Assembly: GCA_038087875.1 (NCBI GenBank)
Contig: JAXLNO010002460.1
Location: 1 to 64,000 of the forward strand
Direction: 5' to 3'
Origin: Malacoraja senta
Lineage: Eukaryota
DNA length: 64,000 bases
The first letter of the stretch is position 1; each line of letters starts with the position of its first letter. The notes below the pieces were generated by a model. It worked only from the letters and a program-made list of their open reading frames with translations, was not told where the DNA came from and did no database searches. A program made the translations under genes and the position numbers. This document shows, in pieces, positions 10,479 to 21,835 of the stretch.

Positions 10479-12510
10479 ATAGATACATAGATACATAGAA
10501 AATAGGTGCAGGAGTAGGCCATTCGGCCCTTCGAGCCTGCACCACCATTCAATATGATCATGGCTGATCATCCAACTCAGTATCCCGTACCTGCCTTCTC
10601 TCCATACACCCTGATCCCCTTAGCCACAAGGGCCACATCTAACTCCCTCTTAAATATAGCCAATGAACTGGCCTCAACTACCCTCTGTGGCAGAGAGTTC
10701 CAGAGATTCACCACTCTCTGTGTGAAAACGTTTTTCCTCATCTCGGTCTTAAACGATTTCCCCCTTATCCTTAAGCTGTGACCCCTTGTCCTGGACTTCC
10801 CCAACATCGGGAACAATCTTCCGGCATCTAGCCTGTCCAACCCCATAAGAATTTTGTACGTTTCTATAAGATCCCCTCTCAATCTCCTAAATTCTAGCGA
10901 GTATAAGCCAAGTCTATCCAGTCTTTCTTCATATGAAAGTCCTGACATCCCAGGAATCCGTCTGGTGAACCTTCTCTGCACTCCCTCTATGGCTATAATG
11001 TCCTTCCTCAGATTTGGAGACCAAAACTGTATGCAATACTCCAGGTGTGGTCTCACCAAGACCCTGTACAACTGCGGTAGAACCTCCCTGCTCCTATACT
11101 CAAATCCTTTTGCTATGAAAGCTAACATACCATTCACTTTCTTCACTGCCTGCTGCACCTGCATGCCTACTTTCAATGACTGGTGTACCATGACACCCAG
11201 GTCTCGCTGCATCTCCCCATTTCCTAATCGGCCACCATTTAGATAATAGTCTGCTTTCCTGTTTTTGCCACCAAAGTGGATAACCTCACATTTATCCACA
11301 TTATACTGCATCTGCCAAACATTTTCCCACTCACCCAGCCTATCCAAGTCACCTTGCAGTCTCCTAGCATCCTCCTCACAGCTAACACTGCCCCCCAGCT
11401 TAGTGTCATCCGCAAACTTGGAGATGTTGCCTTCAATTCCCTCATCCAGTTCATTAATATAAATTGTAAATAGCTGGGGTCCCAGCACTGAGCCTTGCGG
11501 TACCCCACTAGTTACTGCCTGCCATTGTGAAAAGGACCCGTTTACTCCTACTCTTTGCCTCCTGTTTGCCAGCCAGTTCTCTATCCACATCAATACTGAA
11601 CCCCCAATACCGTGTGCTTTAAGTTTGTATACTAATCTCTTATGTGGTACCTTGTCGAAAGCCTTCTGAAAGTCCAGATACAACACATACACTGGTTCTC
11701 CCCTATCCACTCTACTAGTTACATCCTCGAAAAATTCTATAAGATTCGTCAGACTTGATTTACCTTTCGTAAATCCATGCTGACTTTGTCCAATGATTTC
11801 ACCACTTTCCAAATGTGCTGCTATCCCATCTTTAATAACTGACTCTAGCAGTTTCCCCACTACCGATGTTAGACTAACTGGTCTGTAATTCCCCGTTTTC
11901 TCTCTCCCTCCATTCTTAAAAAGTGGGGTTACGTTTGCTACCCTCCAATCCTCAGGAACTACTCCAGAATCTAAAGAGTTTTGAAAAATTATCACTAATT
12001 CATCCACTATTTCTGGAGCTACTTCCTTAAGTACTCTGGGATGCAGCCTATCTGGCCCTGGTGATTTATCGGCCTTTAATCCATTCAATTTACCCAACAC
12101 CACTTCCCGACTAACCTGGATTTCACTCAGTTCCTCCATCTCCTTTGACCCGTGGCCCCCTGCTATTTCCGGCAGATTATTTATGTCTTCCTTAGTGAAG
12201 ATGGAACCAAAGTAGTTATTCAATTGGTCCGCCATATCCTTGTTCCCCATGATCAATTCACCTGTTTCTGACTGCAAGGGACCTACATTTGTTTTAACTA
12301 ATCTCTTTCTCTTCACATATCTATAAAAACTTTTGCAGTCAGTTTTTATGTTCCCTGCCAGTTTCCTTTCATAATCTATTTTCCCTTTCCTAATTAAGCC
12401 CTTTGTCCTCCTCTGCTGGTCTCTGAATTTCTCCCAGTCCTCTGGTATGCTGCTTTTTCTGGCTAATTTGTACGCATCATCTTTTGCTTTGATACTATCC
12501 CTGATTTTCC
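10479..12510 (-). mobile_element. 5'-truncated young CR1 LINE
   Basis: Uninterrupted RT ORF and 3' tail (ATAGATAC)n/ATAGAAAATAGG at 10479-10505. Confidence 0.95.
10577..12316 (-). CDS. CR1 ORF2 C-terminal part (reverse transcriptase), 579 aa open
   Basis: KSPGPDRLHPRVLKE, NYRPVSLTSVVGKLLE, YLDFQKAFDKVPH, GVPQGSVLGP, KFADDTKL, RTRGHSLRI. Confidence 0.9.
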   Translation of the reverse strand: MKRKRLVKTNVGPLQSETGELIMGNKDMADQLNNYFGSIFTKEDINNLPEIAGGHGSKEMEELSEIQVSREVVLGKLNGLKADKSPGPDRLHPRVLKEVAPEIVDELVIIFQNSLDSGVVPEDWRVANVTPLFKNGGREKTGNYRPVSLTSVVGKLLESVIKDGIAAHLESGEIIGQSQHGFTKGKSSLTNLIEFFEDVTSRVDRGEPVYVLYLDFQKAFDKVPHKRLVYKLKAHGIGGSVLMWIENWLANRRQRVGVNGSFSQWQAVTSGVPQGSVLGPQLFTIYINELDEGIEGNISKFADDTKLGGSVSCEEDARRLQGDLDRLGEWENVWQMQYNVDKCEVIHFGGKNRKADYYLNGGRLGNGEMQRDLGVMVHQSLKVGMQVQQAVKKVNGMLAFIAKGFEYRSREVLPQLYRVLVRPHLEYCIQFWSPNLRKDIIAIEGVQRRFTRRIPGMSGLSYEERLDRLGLYSLEFRRLRGDLIETYKILMGLDRLDAGRLFPMLGKSRTRGHSLRIRGKSFKTEMRKNVFTQRVVNLWNSLPQRVVEASSLAIFKRELDVALVAKGIRVYGEKAGTGY

Positions 12511-12771
12511 CTGATTAGAACAAGTTGCCCCACAACCTTAGGCTGTGCACGCCATACGCAAGAAGAAGAAGAAGCTGTGTAGCAATGAGCAGAAACAGAG
12601 TAAATTAAAACCTTGTGTACAAAATAATAGTGGAACTGCGGAAGGTAAAACAGAAGCACAAGGTACAATGAACTGAGAGGGGCGGGTAGCAAAAAGATGC
12701 AACGCAGTGAAAGATGAGAGGCAGTGACTTCCCGTTAATCAGGTACAAACACGCCCGTAGCCGCGCTCACT

Positions 12772-13015
12772 TTAACAGCCGGATTGTGTGAGTGTGGCGG
12801 ATATTTTCGAGGCTGCTCCTTGTTGAACTGTGCAGGAGTACAACTTCCCACTGCTCCAGTCTGCGCCGCGCACCGTCAGGTAGCTGCTGAGACTGATGGT
12901 GTTGCCCGTGTCCCGCCTCACCGCGCTGGTTTGCACCTCACTGCTCGGCGGACTCCCGTCCACTGTCCAGCTGACGGCCCCAGTAGTTTCACTGAAGGGT
13001 CTTGGAGCTGCGAAG
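12772..13015 (-). pseudogene. IgL: Orphan Ig light-chain constant exon C0 with 79-bp internal deletion
   Basis: Acceptor ttgcag|cttcgcag and TAA retained; the segment between two CTGACGGC repeats (LVCLVSK strand including the first Cys) is missing, shifting the frame; no J or V upstream. Confidence 0.93.
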
Positions 13016-13346
13016 CTGCAATGGGAACAAGAGAAGACATGTTTCTTGTGACGGAAGAGCGGCGGAATACGGGGCAGAATGAATGTCAAGGCCTCTTTCC
13101 TTTCAGCTGATGGAGACCTTGTCAAGACAGAAGCATTACAAATTTGACTTACACCTATTCTTTGGGGATCCATTTTTTAATTTTATTCTTTGCAAGCGTG
13201 GTTCTCATCAACCCGATGTTGTTTCCTCGCCCCACCTCCCGAGGGTGGGAGGGAGGTAAAAACTGAAGACGGGCTGTGAGCCAGGAAAAGATTTTTGGTG
13301 GAAAGCTGACACGAAAGTTAAGGAAATGAATAATAATAACACACTC

Positions 13347-13487
13347 GGCGGCACGGTGGCGCTACGGTCGAGTTGCTGCCTTGCCGCGCCAGAGACCTAG
13401 GTTCGACCCTGTCTGTCTGTACGGAGTTTGTAGCCCCCCCCCCTCCCCCGTGACCGCGTGGGTTTTCTTCGGGTGCTCCGGTTTCCC
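13347..13487 (+). mobile_element. tRNA-derived SINE fragment
   Basis: GGCGGCACGGTGGCGC..GAGTTGCTGCC..GGTTCGA A/B-box-like head; body homologous to 20077-20395. Confidence 0.8.
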
Positions 13488-13579
13488 CACCTTCTCCCTC
13501 CATTTTCGTGATTCAGTTGTTGCCACACTCCATCCCTCAGTCCGGAGATGCTCCTCACACCTCCAACACCTCGTCTTAT

Positions 13580-14800
13580 GTGCAGCCTTCGATACCGTGA
13601 ACCATAACATCCTGCTTACCAAAGACCTTGGCATTGAAGGTTCTGCACTCAGCTGGCTCCGTTCCTACCTTTCCAACCGATCCCACTTCATCTCTCTCCA
13701 TAACCACACCTCTGCCACGGCCACTGTCACTCAAGGCCTTCCCCAAGGCTCCGTTCTCAGTCCCCTCCTCTTCATCATCTACATCCTCCCCCTCGGTCAT
13801 ATACTCCATCACTTCAACCTGGACTTCCACTGCTATGCTGATGACACCCAGATCTATCTCAGCACCAAGTCCCCCACCACCCCCCTCTCTCCCATATCAA
13901 CTCCTGCCTGTCAGCCATCAAATCTTGGATGCAACTCAACTTCCTTAAATTAAACAGTAACAAAGCAGAATTTCTCCTCATTGGCTCCAAATCAACACTT
14001 ACCAAAATTAACAACCCCACTCTCACTATTGACGGCACCATTGTCCTCCCCATCTCCTCAGGTCCGCAACCTTGGCGTGATCTTTGACTCAACCCTCTCC
14101 CTTGAGCCTCACATCCGCCATGTTGTCAAAACATCATTTTTTCACCTCCGCAACATTGCCAAAATCAGACCCTCTCTCACACCCCCCGCTGCTGAAAGAC
14201 TCATCCATGCCTTCATCTCCTCCCGACTGGACTACTGTAACTCTCTTCTCTTTGGCATTAATTCCAGCAACATCAACCGACTCCAACTGGTCCAGAATGC
14301 AGTCGCCCGACTCATCACCCACACCAAATCCTGGCACCACATCACCCCAGTTCGCAAAGAACTTCACTGGCTTCCCATCTCCCACCGATCATCTACAAAA
14401 TCCTGGTCCTCACCTACAAAGCCCTCAACCACTTGGCCCCCCCTTATCTCACTGACCTCCTCTCCCCCTACCAACCCTCACGGTCCCTCAGATCCACATC
14501 TGCCGGTCTCCTCTCCATTCTGAAATCCAACCTCTGCACTTTTGGAAACAGAGCCTTCTCAGGGGCAGCTCCCAGGCTCTGGAACTCCCTCCCACAACTG
14601 CTCCGAAATTCTGAGTCCCTCACCATCCTCCAGTCCCGCCTCAAGACCCATCTCTTCACCTCTGCATACCCTTAGTCCCATGTCCCCCTTCCTTTGCATC
14701 TCTGTCTTACTGTTCTATTTTGTTTTGTTTTTGACTCTCAATGTAAAGCGACTTTGAGTCCTAGGAAAAGCGCTATATAAAATAAAATAAAATGTATTAT
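13580..14800 (+). mobile_element. L2-clade LINE 3' part, frameshifted
   Basis: AFDTVNHNILL, PQGSVLSPLLFIIY, HCYADDTQIYLS, VRNLGVIFDS, SRLDYCNSLL; L2-type 3' end gtaaagcgactttgag...aaagcgctatataaaataaa. Confidence 0.9.
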
Positions 14801-15420
14801 CGATGCAGACACTTTCTAGATTGCTGGACCATTTCAGAGGGCCTTCGTGTGGGCCTGGAGATTGGACGCAGTCTGGAAGATGGAATGTGTCCTCCCCTCA
14901 AAGATTAATGAGCTCGCATCGAGTGTTTTGGTCTGTCGGACAGTATACCTTGACTAAGACCAAAGTTCGTCCGCACATTTGGACTGACATCATAGATTTA
15001 GTTAATTAAACAGCACCAAACTGACACTTTAGCCTGAATTTTCCATGTCAACCAAGATTCCTGCATCACCCCATTTTCCTGCATTTGGTCTATATCCCTT
15101 TTATATTTCCACCCATGTACATATCCAAATGCTTTTTCAAAGGTTGTAATTCTATCACCGACACAATCTCCTCTTACAGCTAGATTCATATACTCACCAC
15201 TCTGGGGAATATGTGACTACCCCTCATGTCCCCTTTACATTTTTCAACCTCTCACCTAAATCTATGACCTCTTGTATCAGACCCACTATTCTGGGGGGGG
15301 GGGGAGACTGTGACATCGATTTCCCCTCCACGCTTGTATAAACTTTCATGTGATGTTGACTGTTGAATTCGCATTAAAGAGTCAATCAATGGTTAAAGTT
15401 GAATTCCTGCTCTTTTACAG

Positions 15421-15697
15421 CTGGGGAGTGTCAGACACGAACTCAACCTGTGGCCGTGTCGGTGAATCCAGGAGACACGGCCACGCTGGGATGTAGTATC
15501 GATATAAAGGATGGCCACGTTTTAGCTGATACAATCATACACCGTGAACAAATGCGCAATGGATTGTCTCTAACCATCATCCTGGACTAGCCCAAGCTAT
15601 GGGTCTGAGTTGAACAGCGGCCGTTTTTCCTTGCGGTTTAACAGCTCCCTCGCCGTTTACGAATTGATTATAAACAAGGCGAAGGCGATTGTTACAG
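15421..15697 (+). pseudogene. IgL: Ig light-chain V1 pseudogene fused to the last 8 nt of J
   Basis: Acceptor ttttacag, FR1 ECQTRTQPVAVSVNPGDTATLGC, then frameshifts and TGA stops; FR3 YELIINKAKA joins directly to TGTTACAG; donor mutated to TTAAGT; no leader or RSS. Confidence 0.9.
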
Positions 15698-16172
15698 TTA
15701 AGTGTCTGGGAAATCCCTCCCGCAATTACTAACCGCTAGAATGCGGTCAGCTGGCAACTCGTATTTGAACCTTTATTATTTCTGGCTAATTTCACAGAGA
15801 AAATGTTGATTTTCCAATCCAATTGAGTTAAGCTTACAGCGCCAGTTCAACTAAATATTGTTGAGTTTAGCTATTTTTGGTACTGTTTTTTCATGACCAC
15901 GTCTCTCTTTTTCGTGAAGCTTTTTGATAATTCAAAAATGTGCTTGTGAATATTGTGTTTCTGAGACAAACTTCACTCTAGAGTTCGCGCGGTTTCAGAT
16001 TATAGTTTGTCCGCTTTTGTGCCGGTTTGATCCAAGTGAACTTGAGGGCCCCCAGCTTCCTAAAGTGGGGCCCGGTGTCACAGTGTGAACAGGACATTAG
16101 CGACTGGAGACAGCCCGGGGTTGTTGAGGCAGTGGAACTATACGTTTCACTATTGCGTGAGGATCCCACAGC

Positions 16173-16204
16173 GGAATCTCCCCCGGTATTTCACGGAAAC
16201 TCCA
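16173..16204. promoter_or_regulatory. kB-like site cluster in the J-C intron of cluster 1 (partly mutated)
   Basis: GGAATCTCCC retained; second site reads GGTATTTCAC; adjacent E-box changed to CTCCTG. Confidence 0.45.
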
Positions 16205-16439
16205 ATCCTCCCGGTGACTACGGAACTCTCCTGCAGACACCCGCCCAATAAAAGCCCTTCTCCAGTTCCCCAGTCCTTGTCTCCTCTCCCTTTGACCGCC
16301 GCTCCTTTGCGGGAACCGCTGCTCAGCGATTGCCGTCGCTGCACCGACTGAGGCCGGAGCTCCGGGTCTGGGGAGAATCGCACCTGCCCTCCCCCACAGT
16401 GAATGAGACCCGCAAACATCTTCTCTTGTTCCGTTGCAG

Positions 16440-16762
16440 CTCCGCAGCTCCCCGACGCTTCAGTGAAACTGCTGGGGCTGTCAGACGAGGAGATGTCCTT
16501 TAAAGGAGCGGGCACCTTAGTTTGCCTGGTCAGTAAACTGTCCGTGCGCTTCCCCGCCGTCAGCTGGACAGTGGACGGGAGTCCGCCGAGCAGTGAGGTG
16601 CAAACCAGCGCGGTGAGGCGGGACACGGACAACACCTTCAGTCTCAGCAGCTACCTGACGGTGCGCGGCGCAGACTGGAGCAGTGGGAAGTTGTACTCCT
16701 GCACAGTTCAACAAGGAGCAGCCTCGAAAATATCCGCCACACTCACACAATCCAGCTGTTCA
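16440..16762 (+). pseudogene. IgL: Ig light-chain constant exon C1, stop codon lost (TAA>TCA)
   Basis: 323-bp exon, TLVCLVSKL..VSWTVDG..SLSSYLTV..LYSCTVQQ..QSSC; ORF reads through to 17113; ~670 bp of the upstream intron is deleted relative to cluster 3. Confidence 0.9.
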
Positions 16763-17035
16763 AGTGAGCGGCTCCGGGCGTGTTTGCTCTTTGATTACCG
16801 GGAGATCACTGCCTCTCATCTCCCTCCCACCGTGTGCGCCCGCTGTTCTCTGTATTCCCTGCTTCCGATCCGCTTTCTCCGGTTTCCACTGTGCTATTGG
16901 AACATTTGTACTCGAGTTGACTGTTGTTCTGTTTCTGCCACCTCTAGGCGACACGGGTTAAAGTGGTCAGTAACTTGGCTTCATCAGAAATTTCAACATG
17001 AATTGTTTTCTCTGGCAACAGCCATGGATCTGATT

Positions 17036-17041
17036 AATAAA
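17036..17041 (+). terminator. Polyadenylation signal of C1
   Basis: AATAAA at the same position as in the C2 and C3 3' UTRs. Confidence 0.6.
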
Positions 17042-18015
17042 AATAATAAACGTGTTTGTAATTTTTCATCAGTATCAGACCGACGGTATGCAACGACGGC
17101 AAACTACCAATAAAGATGATCATTGTTGGAATTATTTCCCTGTGTGTGTGTGTCGTTAACTTGGAAGCTCTTCCTATTCTGACACCGGGTGGGAGGAGGG
17201 AGGAGACTCGTCTCTCTGCTCCGGTTCGTGTCCTGGTTCCGTGAAGTGAGAGGAAAGCGCTCCTTCGCGGCAGCCGTGGACATAGGGTATCAGGGAAGAC
17301 CGGGTGGAAGTTCCATTGCTGGGATACTTTAAAGAATGACAAGTGAAGCGTTGATAGTGGCAATAAAACATTTGGTATTTGTGTAGGATAATAAAAGAGG
17401 TAAATATAACGACGGTTGTGAGTATTCAGGTGGTCAGACAGGATCGGCAAAGAGCGTTTAAGTAGAAGTTACATTGAGGGCCATTGAACAGAACAGACTA
17501 CTGTCACAAACTGGAAGGGCTGGTTATCTGAAATGGGAGAGTTCTACACCTAAGATGTTCTAGACTGTGTCGAAGCGTTGAAACCCGAATTTGTGTTGTG
17601 TGCTGCTGACCGGGTACAGGAGTCTAGTGACAGGGTGATCGGAGAGGGAGAGGGGATGAGAAATTAAAGAGTTTAAGACAGAGGTGAGAGAACTTTGTTT
17701 TATCTTCTCGGAGGGTTGCACGCCTTTGAAATGTTCTTCATGAAAAGACGGTTTAGCGGCGTCAAGTCATATATTTTATTCAGAGGTAAATAGCAACTCC
17801 ATTCTACCTTTGCGAATTGCCTCACCCTATGTCCAGTTGTTCTGTAAAACTTACCTTATCCCTCCCTCTGAGGACAGGTCCCTCGGTGCTCGTCTCGAAC
17901 TAGGGCAATGTGAGGTTGCATCGCACACTATCAGCATGTTGTGATCACTTTAGTGCAACGAGTCATTCAAGTAGCCCTTAGGGAAATGTTAGTATATTTC
18001 AATAAAGCTCGTATA

Positions 18016-18143
18016 CAGTGCATTGAGAAAGTATTCAGACCCCTTCACTTTTTCTACATTTTGTTACGTTACAGCCCTATTCTAAAATGAATTAAATTCA
18101 TTTTTAAAAATCATCAATCAACACACAATATCTCATAATAAAA
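18016..18143 (+). mobile_element. Tc1/mariner left-end fragment
   Basis: TA|CAGTGCATTGAGAAAGTATTCAGACCCCTTCACTTTTTCTACATTTTGTTACGTTACAG; absent from the paralogous site near 56930. Confidence 0.75.
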
Positions 18144-20076
18144 CTCCAACCACGCCCACCTTTTATTCCTTGGGCTCTCCTCAGCTTGTGTCCCCACGCC
18201 TCCTCCTTTCTATCCTCTCCCCACCAACTCCGACGTCCCTCGGAATGAAAGATAGCAATTCAGCCATCATTTGAAACGCGGGATTTCATTGGATATGTAC
18301 CGAACGTCCAGTTCATCGAGGTACCGGGAAGAAATATTCTTCCAGGTGCAGTGGTGGGCTCTGCGCCGGACAGCAGAGGTGGTGGGGAGTAGGGGAAGGA
18401 CGACGATTAACTGATGAGAAACAAAGTGCCACTCACCCCTGTCACCAGCACACAACAAAGGCTGCAGCCATATCTTCAGCAGCGGGCAGCTCACATCCGT
18501 GAAGAAAAGCGAAAGATTCTTGTGAACCCATCCCCGTATCTTCAACCTGGCGACGCTAATTCTCAGGAGACACAGCTCTAGCAAACAGGTCCACCTAACC
18601 AACGTCTTTATTATTTTGCAACACGAGAGGTGATGTAAATACCGGCCACTCCAGCGGGGAATCTACCATTCGAGTATCATCATCCTTCCACCAGACTCAC
18701 CGCTCCCACTTTACTTCCTTTATACTGACCACATTGCAATTCACACAGGTTTCCGTCGAAATGTGTGTGTGCAAAAGCTGAAAAAATGCTTCGTTTGTCC
18801 AAAAAAAACCCGCAATTCAGTCATAGCCATCGTCATAGTCATAAAGCGTGGAAACAGGTCCTTCTCGCCCACACTGGCCAACAATGTCCCAGCTACATTA
18901 GTCCCACTTGCCTACGCTTGGTCAATATCCCTCCAAACCTGTCCTAACCATGTACCTGTCTAACTGTTTCTTAAACGATGGGATAGTCCCAGCCTCAACT
19001 ACCTCCTCTGGCAGCTTGTTCCACACACCCACCACCCTGTGTCTAGCTTCAGATTTATGATACTAGAACCATGGAAACTGAAGGCCACATTATACTGGCA
19101 AAGAACGTGCTTGACCCGAGGCTCCCGAACAACGAGCATATGTCAATAACATTTTATAAACCGAGGGTATTAATTGTCATGTGTGCAATCATGATATATT
19201 ATGGATCATTTATGCAGATATTCTCTTCTCAATAATGTCACTGTAAAACACCAAGCGCAATTCAGTAAGCACAATGCTCAGACCACCAGAAGAATAAATA
19301 CTATTAAATAGTACACTCTCTCGATGTTACCTCCTGGGTGGTGGAATTTTGGCCAAAAACACTCAGTGGAAGAAATCTACCCTCGAGGCCGAGGATCGGA
19401 AGTGTGGCTGCCCTTCCCATGGGCGTCTTGTTTCGGTCCAACCCTTCAACTTTGGACTTGGCAACAATGTGGTTTCAAGACCCATTGACCCACGAACCAA
19501 TATTTGGGCATCCGTCTGTGCCAGGGATACCTGTGACAAAAACTCTCGTCTGTGGCAGGAATGCTTGATTCTCACTCTACCCCTCCCTCTGTCCCACATC
19601 CCGACGAACTTCAAACTCCTTCCTTGCCCACTTTTCTATCCGCTGGGCTGTGACTTACTCCTCAGGATGTCTCCACACACCTCATTCCAATCCTTCCTTC
19701 TCCTACCCATTGCTCCACCCTTCTCCTGCCAATTCCGCTGTCCCTTTCAATTAAAGGCGGCAGGAATTTACCCATTATTTAAAATTCGGAACTTAATTAA
19801 TAGATGCCGACCGTTTATTGAGCTAACCCCGGGAATCAGTGCTCTTGCAGCTGCGGTGGCGCGTTCTGAGCCGGACTGCAGAGCTGATGGAGAGGGGAAA
19901 TAATTATCGAGCAAAGCTGTAAATGTGTCTAGTTCATATAAGTAGTGAAAATGTAAACGAGAACAAGGCTTCGGTCCAAGAAAGCTGAAACTGAAACACA
20001 GAAGCAGTGCATTTGAGGGCGGTCATTCAACAAACAAAATGATGAGGCCCCGCCCAGTGAGCAGAGGATGACGAAC

Positions 20077-20395
20077 GGTCACGGTGGCGCAGCGGTAGAG
20101 TTGCTGCCTTACAGCAAATGCAGCGCCGGAGACCCAGGTACTATCCCGACTACGGGTGCTGTCTGTACGGAGTTTGTACGTTCTCCACGTGACCTGTGTG
20201 GGTTTCTCCGAGATCTTCGGTTTCCTCCCACACTCCAAAGACGTATAGGGTTGTAGGTTAATTGGTTTGGTAAATGTAAAAAATGTCCCTAATGGGAGTA
20301 GGATAGTGTTAATGTGCGGGATCGCTGGCCGGCGCGGACTCGGTGGGCCGAAGTGCCTGTTTCCGCGCTGTGTCTCCAAACTAAACTAAACTAAA
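20077..20395 (+). mobile_element. Full-length tRNA-derived SINE (HE1/V-SINE-like)
   Basis: GGTCACGGTGGCGCAGCGGTAGAGTTGCTGCC head, central ggtttcctcccacactccaaagacg, LINE-like tail ending (CTAAA)n. Confidence 0.9.
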
Positions 20396-20592
20396 CTGAT
20401 GAGTAGAGCCAGGATGTTTAGGCACTTAAAACACTGAAATAGGCAGGCAAAAAGGCATAATAAAATTGCAAAAAAGGCACGAAAGGGCATTTATTGACAA
20501 AAAAGGCATAAAAAGGCATGTATTTCCACCACCAAAATATGGTTTAAAATTATATGGTTAAAAATGATAATATTAAACGACTTGCAAAATTA

Positions 20593-21835
20593 CTAGCATT
20601 TTTTTTTCAAATTATCTGGTTTTAAATTATGCCGTCTGTCAGACAGAATATGCTTCAGTTGTGAAAAACGTATTTGTACCTCAGCTGAAGTCACTGGTGC
20701 ATACCCGAAACAAGCTACAGACTCTATAGTCATGTCACTATCTTGTGCATTACAACTACCTTTGAGAACTTTAGCTATGTTGTGTATTTCTTCAAGATCT
20801 TTGTTAGCTAAAATCACTCTCTCACATTTTCCTTGCATATCTTTACCTGCATCGCCAGGAACTTTACGAATATCGTCAGTTACTTTGTTGAAAACCTGCA
20901 AGTTATTCACTAATGTTTTGCCACGTTTCTCAAGGGAAGTGATAGCTTGTGGGAAGTATGCAAAATTGGAAGCAATAAACACGAGATCGTGGTGGAGGGA
21001 CTTTTTCTGCATGATTTCACTGACGATCCTGACTGCAGCAGATTCTTCTTCTTCAAAACAGTTGACGATTTCTTTTATCTTTTCAAAATTTGCAGCATAG
21101 TAGAGTACAGCAGAGAGCCATGTACCCCACCTAGCCAAAACGGGCTGAGGAGGTAGCAGAATCTCGGGTGCCATTTCCTTGAACAACTGCATACGTGACG
21201 GTGCTTTGAGGAAGATTTTCTTGACATTGGAAACTAGGCGATCGACATTTGGAAATAAGTTATGTATGTGCTTGGCAATTCTATGAAGTCCTTGAGCTAA
21301 GCATGTCAAATGCAATATTTTGGGGAATAAAACTTTAAGAGCATGAGCAGCTTTTTTCATTGTTCAGTCACAAACAGAAGTACATTCTCGGGTTTTATAC
21401 CTTCTGGCCAAAGTACAGCAAGTAAAGATGTAAACAACTGAGCAATAGTTGAGCTGTTTAACTTATCTAATACTTCCGATGTCAACAAATACTCCTTTGA
21501 TGGTCGACCTGCCTCCAGTGTACCGATGACCACATTGGCAACATATCTCCCCACAGCATCGGTTGTCTCATCTATTGAGATCCATATTTTGTTGCATGCA
21601 ACTTCATCTTTAATTTTCTGCACAACCATGTTAAAGTTGCTGTCAACATAATTTTTCTGTAATGATGACTCGCTTGGTATATGTTCCTCTGTGTATTTAT
21701 CTAAAAAACCTCTGAGAGCTTTGTTTTCCAATTTCCACAGTGGAATTCTAGCATCAATGAATGCCTTGCACAGATCACTCGATAACTCAGATTTGCAACT
21801 GGAGCCAGCAGTAAATGTAGTGAGGAGACAAGCTT
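20593..21835 (-). pseudogene. hAT transposase remnant
   Basis: WISIDETTD, LLFVT[deletion]MKKAA, HLTCLAQGLHRI, PPQPVLARWGTWL, APVTSAEVQIRFS; small deletion at ~21358 disrupts the second catalytic-Asp region; N-terminus interrupted by a Penelope fragment. Confidence 0.85.

Noticed and set aside
10453-12554. 11-bp inverted repeat TGGCGTGCACA / TGTGCACGCCA flanking the CR1
   Set aside because: Probably a short hairpin in a small pre-existing repeat that the CR1 interrupted; no TSD or other evidence for a composite transposon
16395-16420. New RSS created by the cluster 1 intron deletion (CACAGTG followed by GCAAACATC)
   Set aside because: Spacer would be 10 nt and the nonamer only 6/9
18411-18424. 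CTGATGAGAAAC as a hammerhead core (also at the hAT TSD)
   Set aside because: No helix II between CUGAUGA and GAAAC; coincidental
18267-18602. Possible exon in the downstream ~1.6-kb unit
   Set aside because: Copies at 18.4, 22.4 and 58.7 kb have stops or frameshifts in different frames and no excess of synonymous changes
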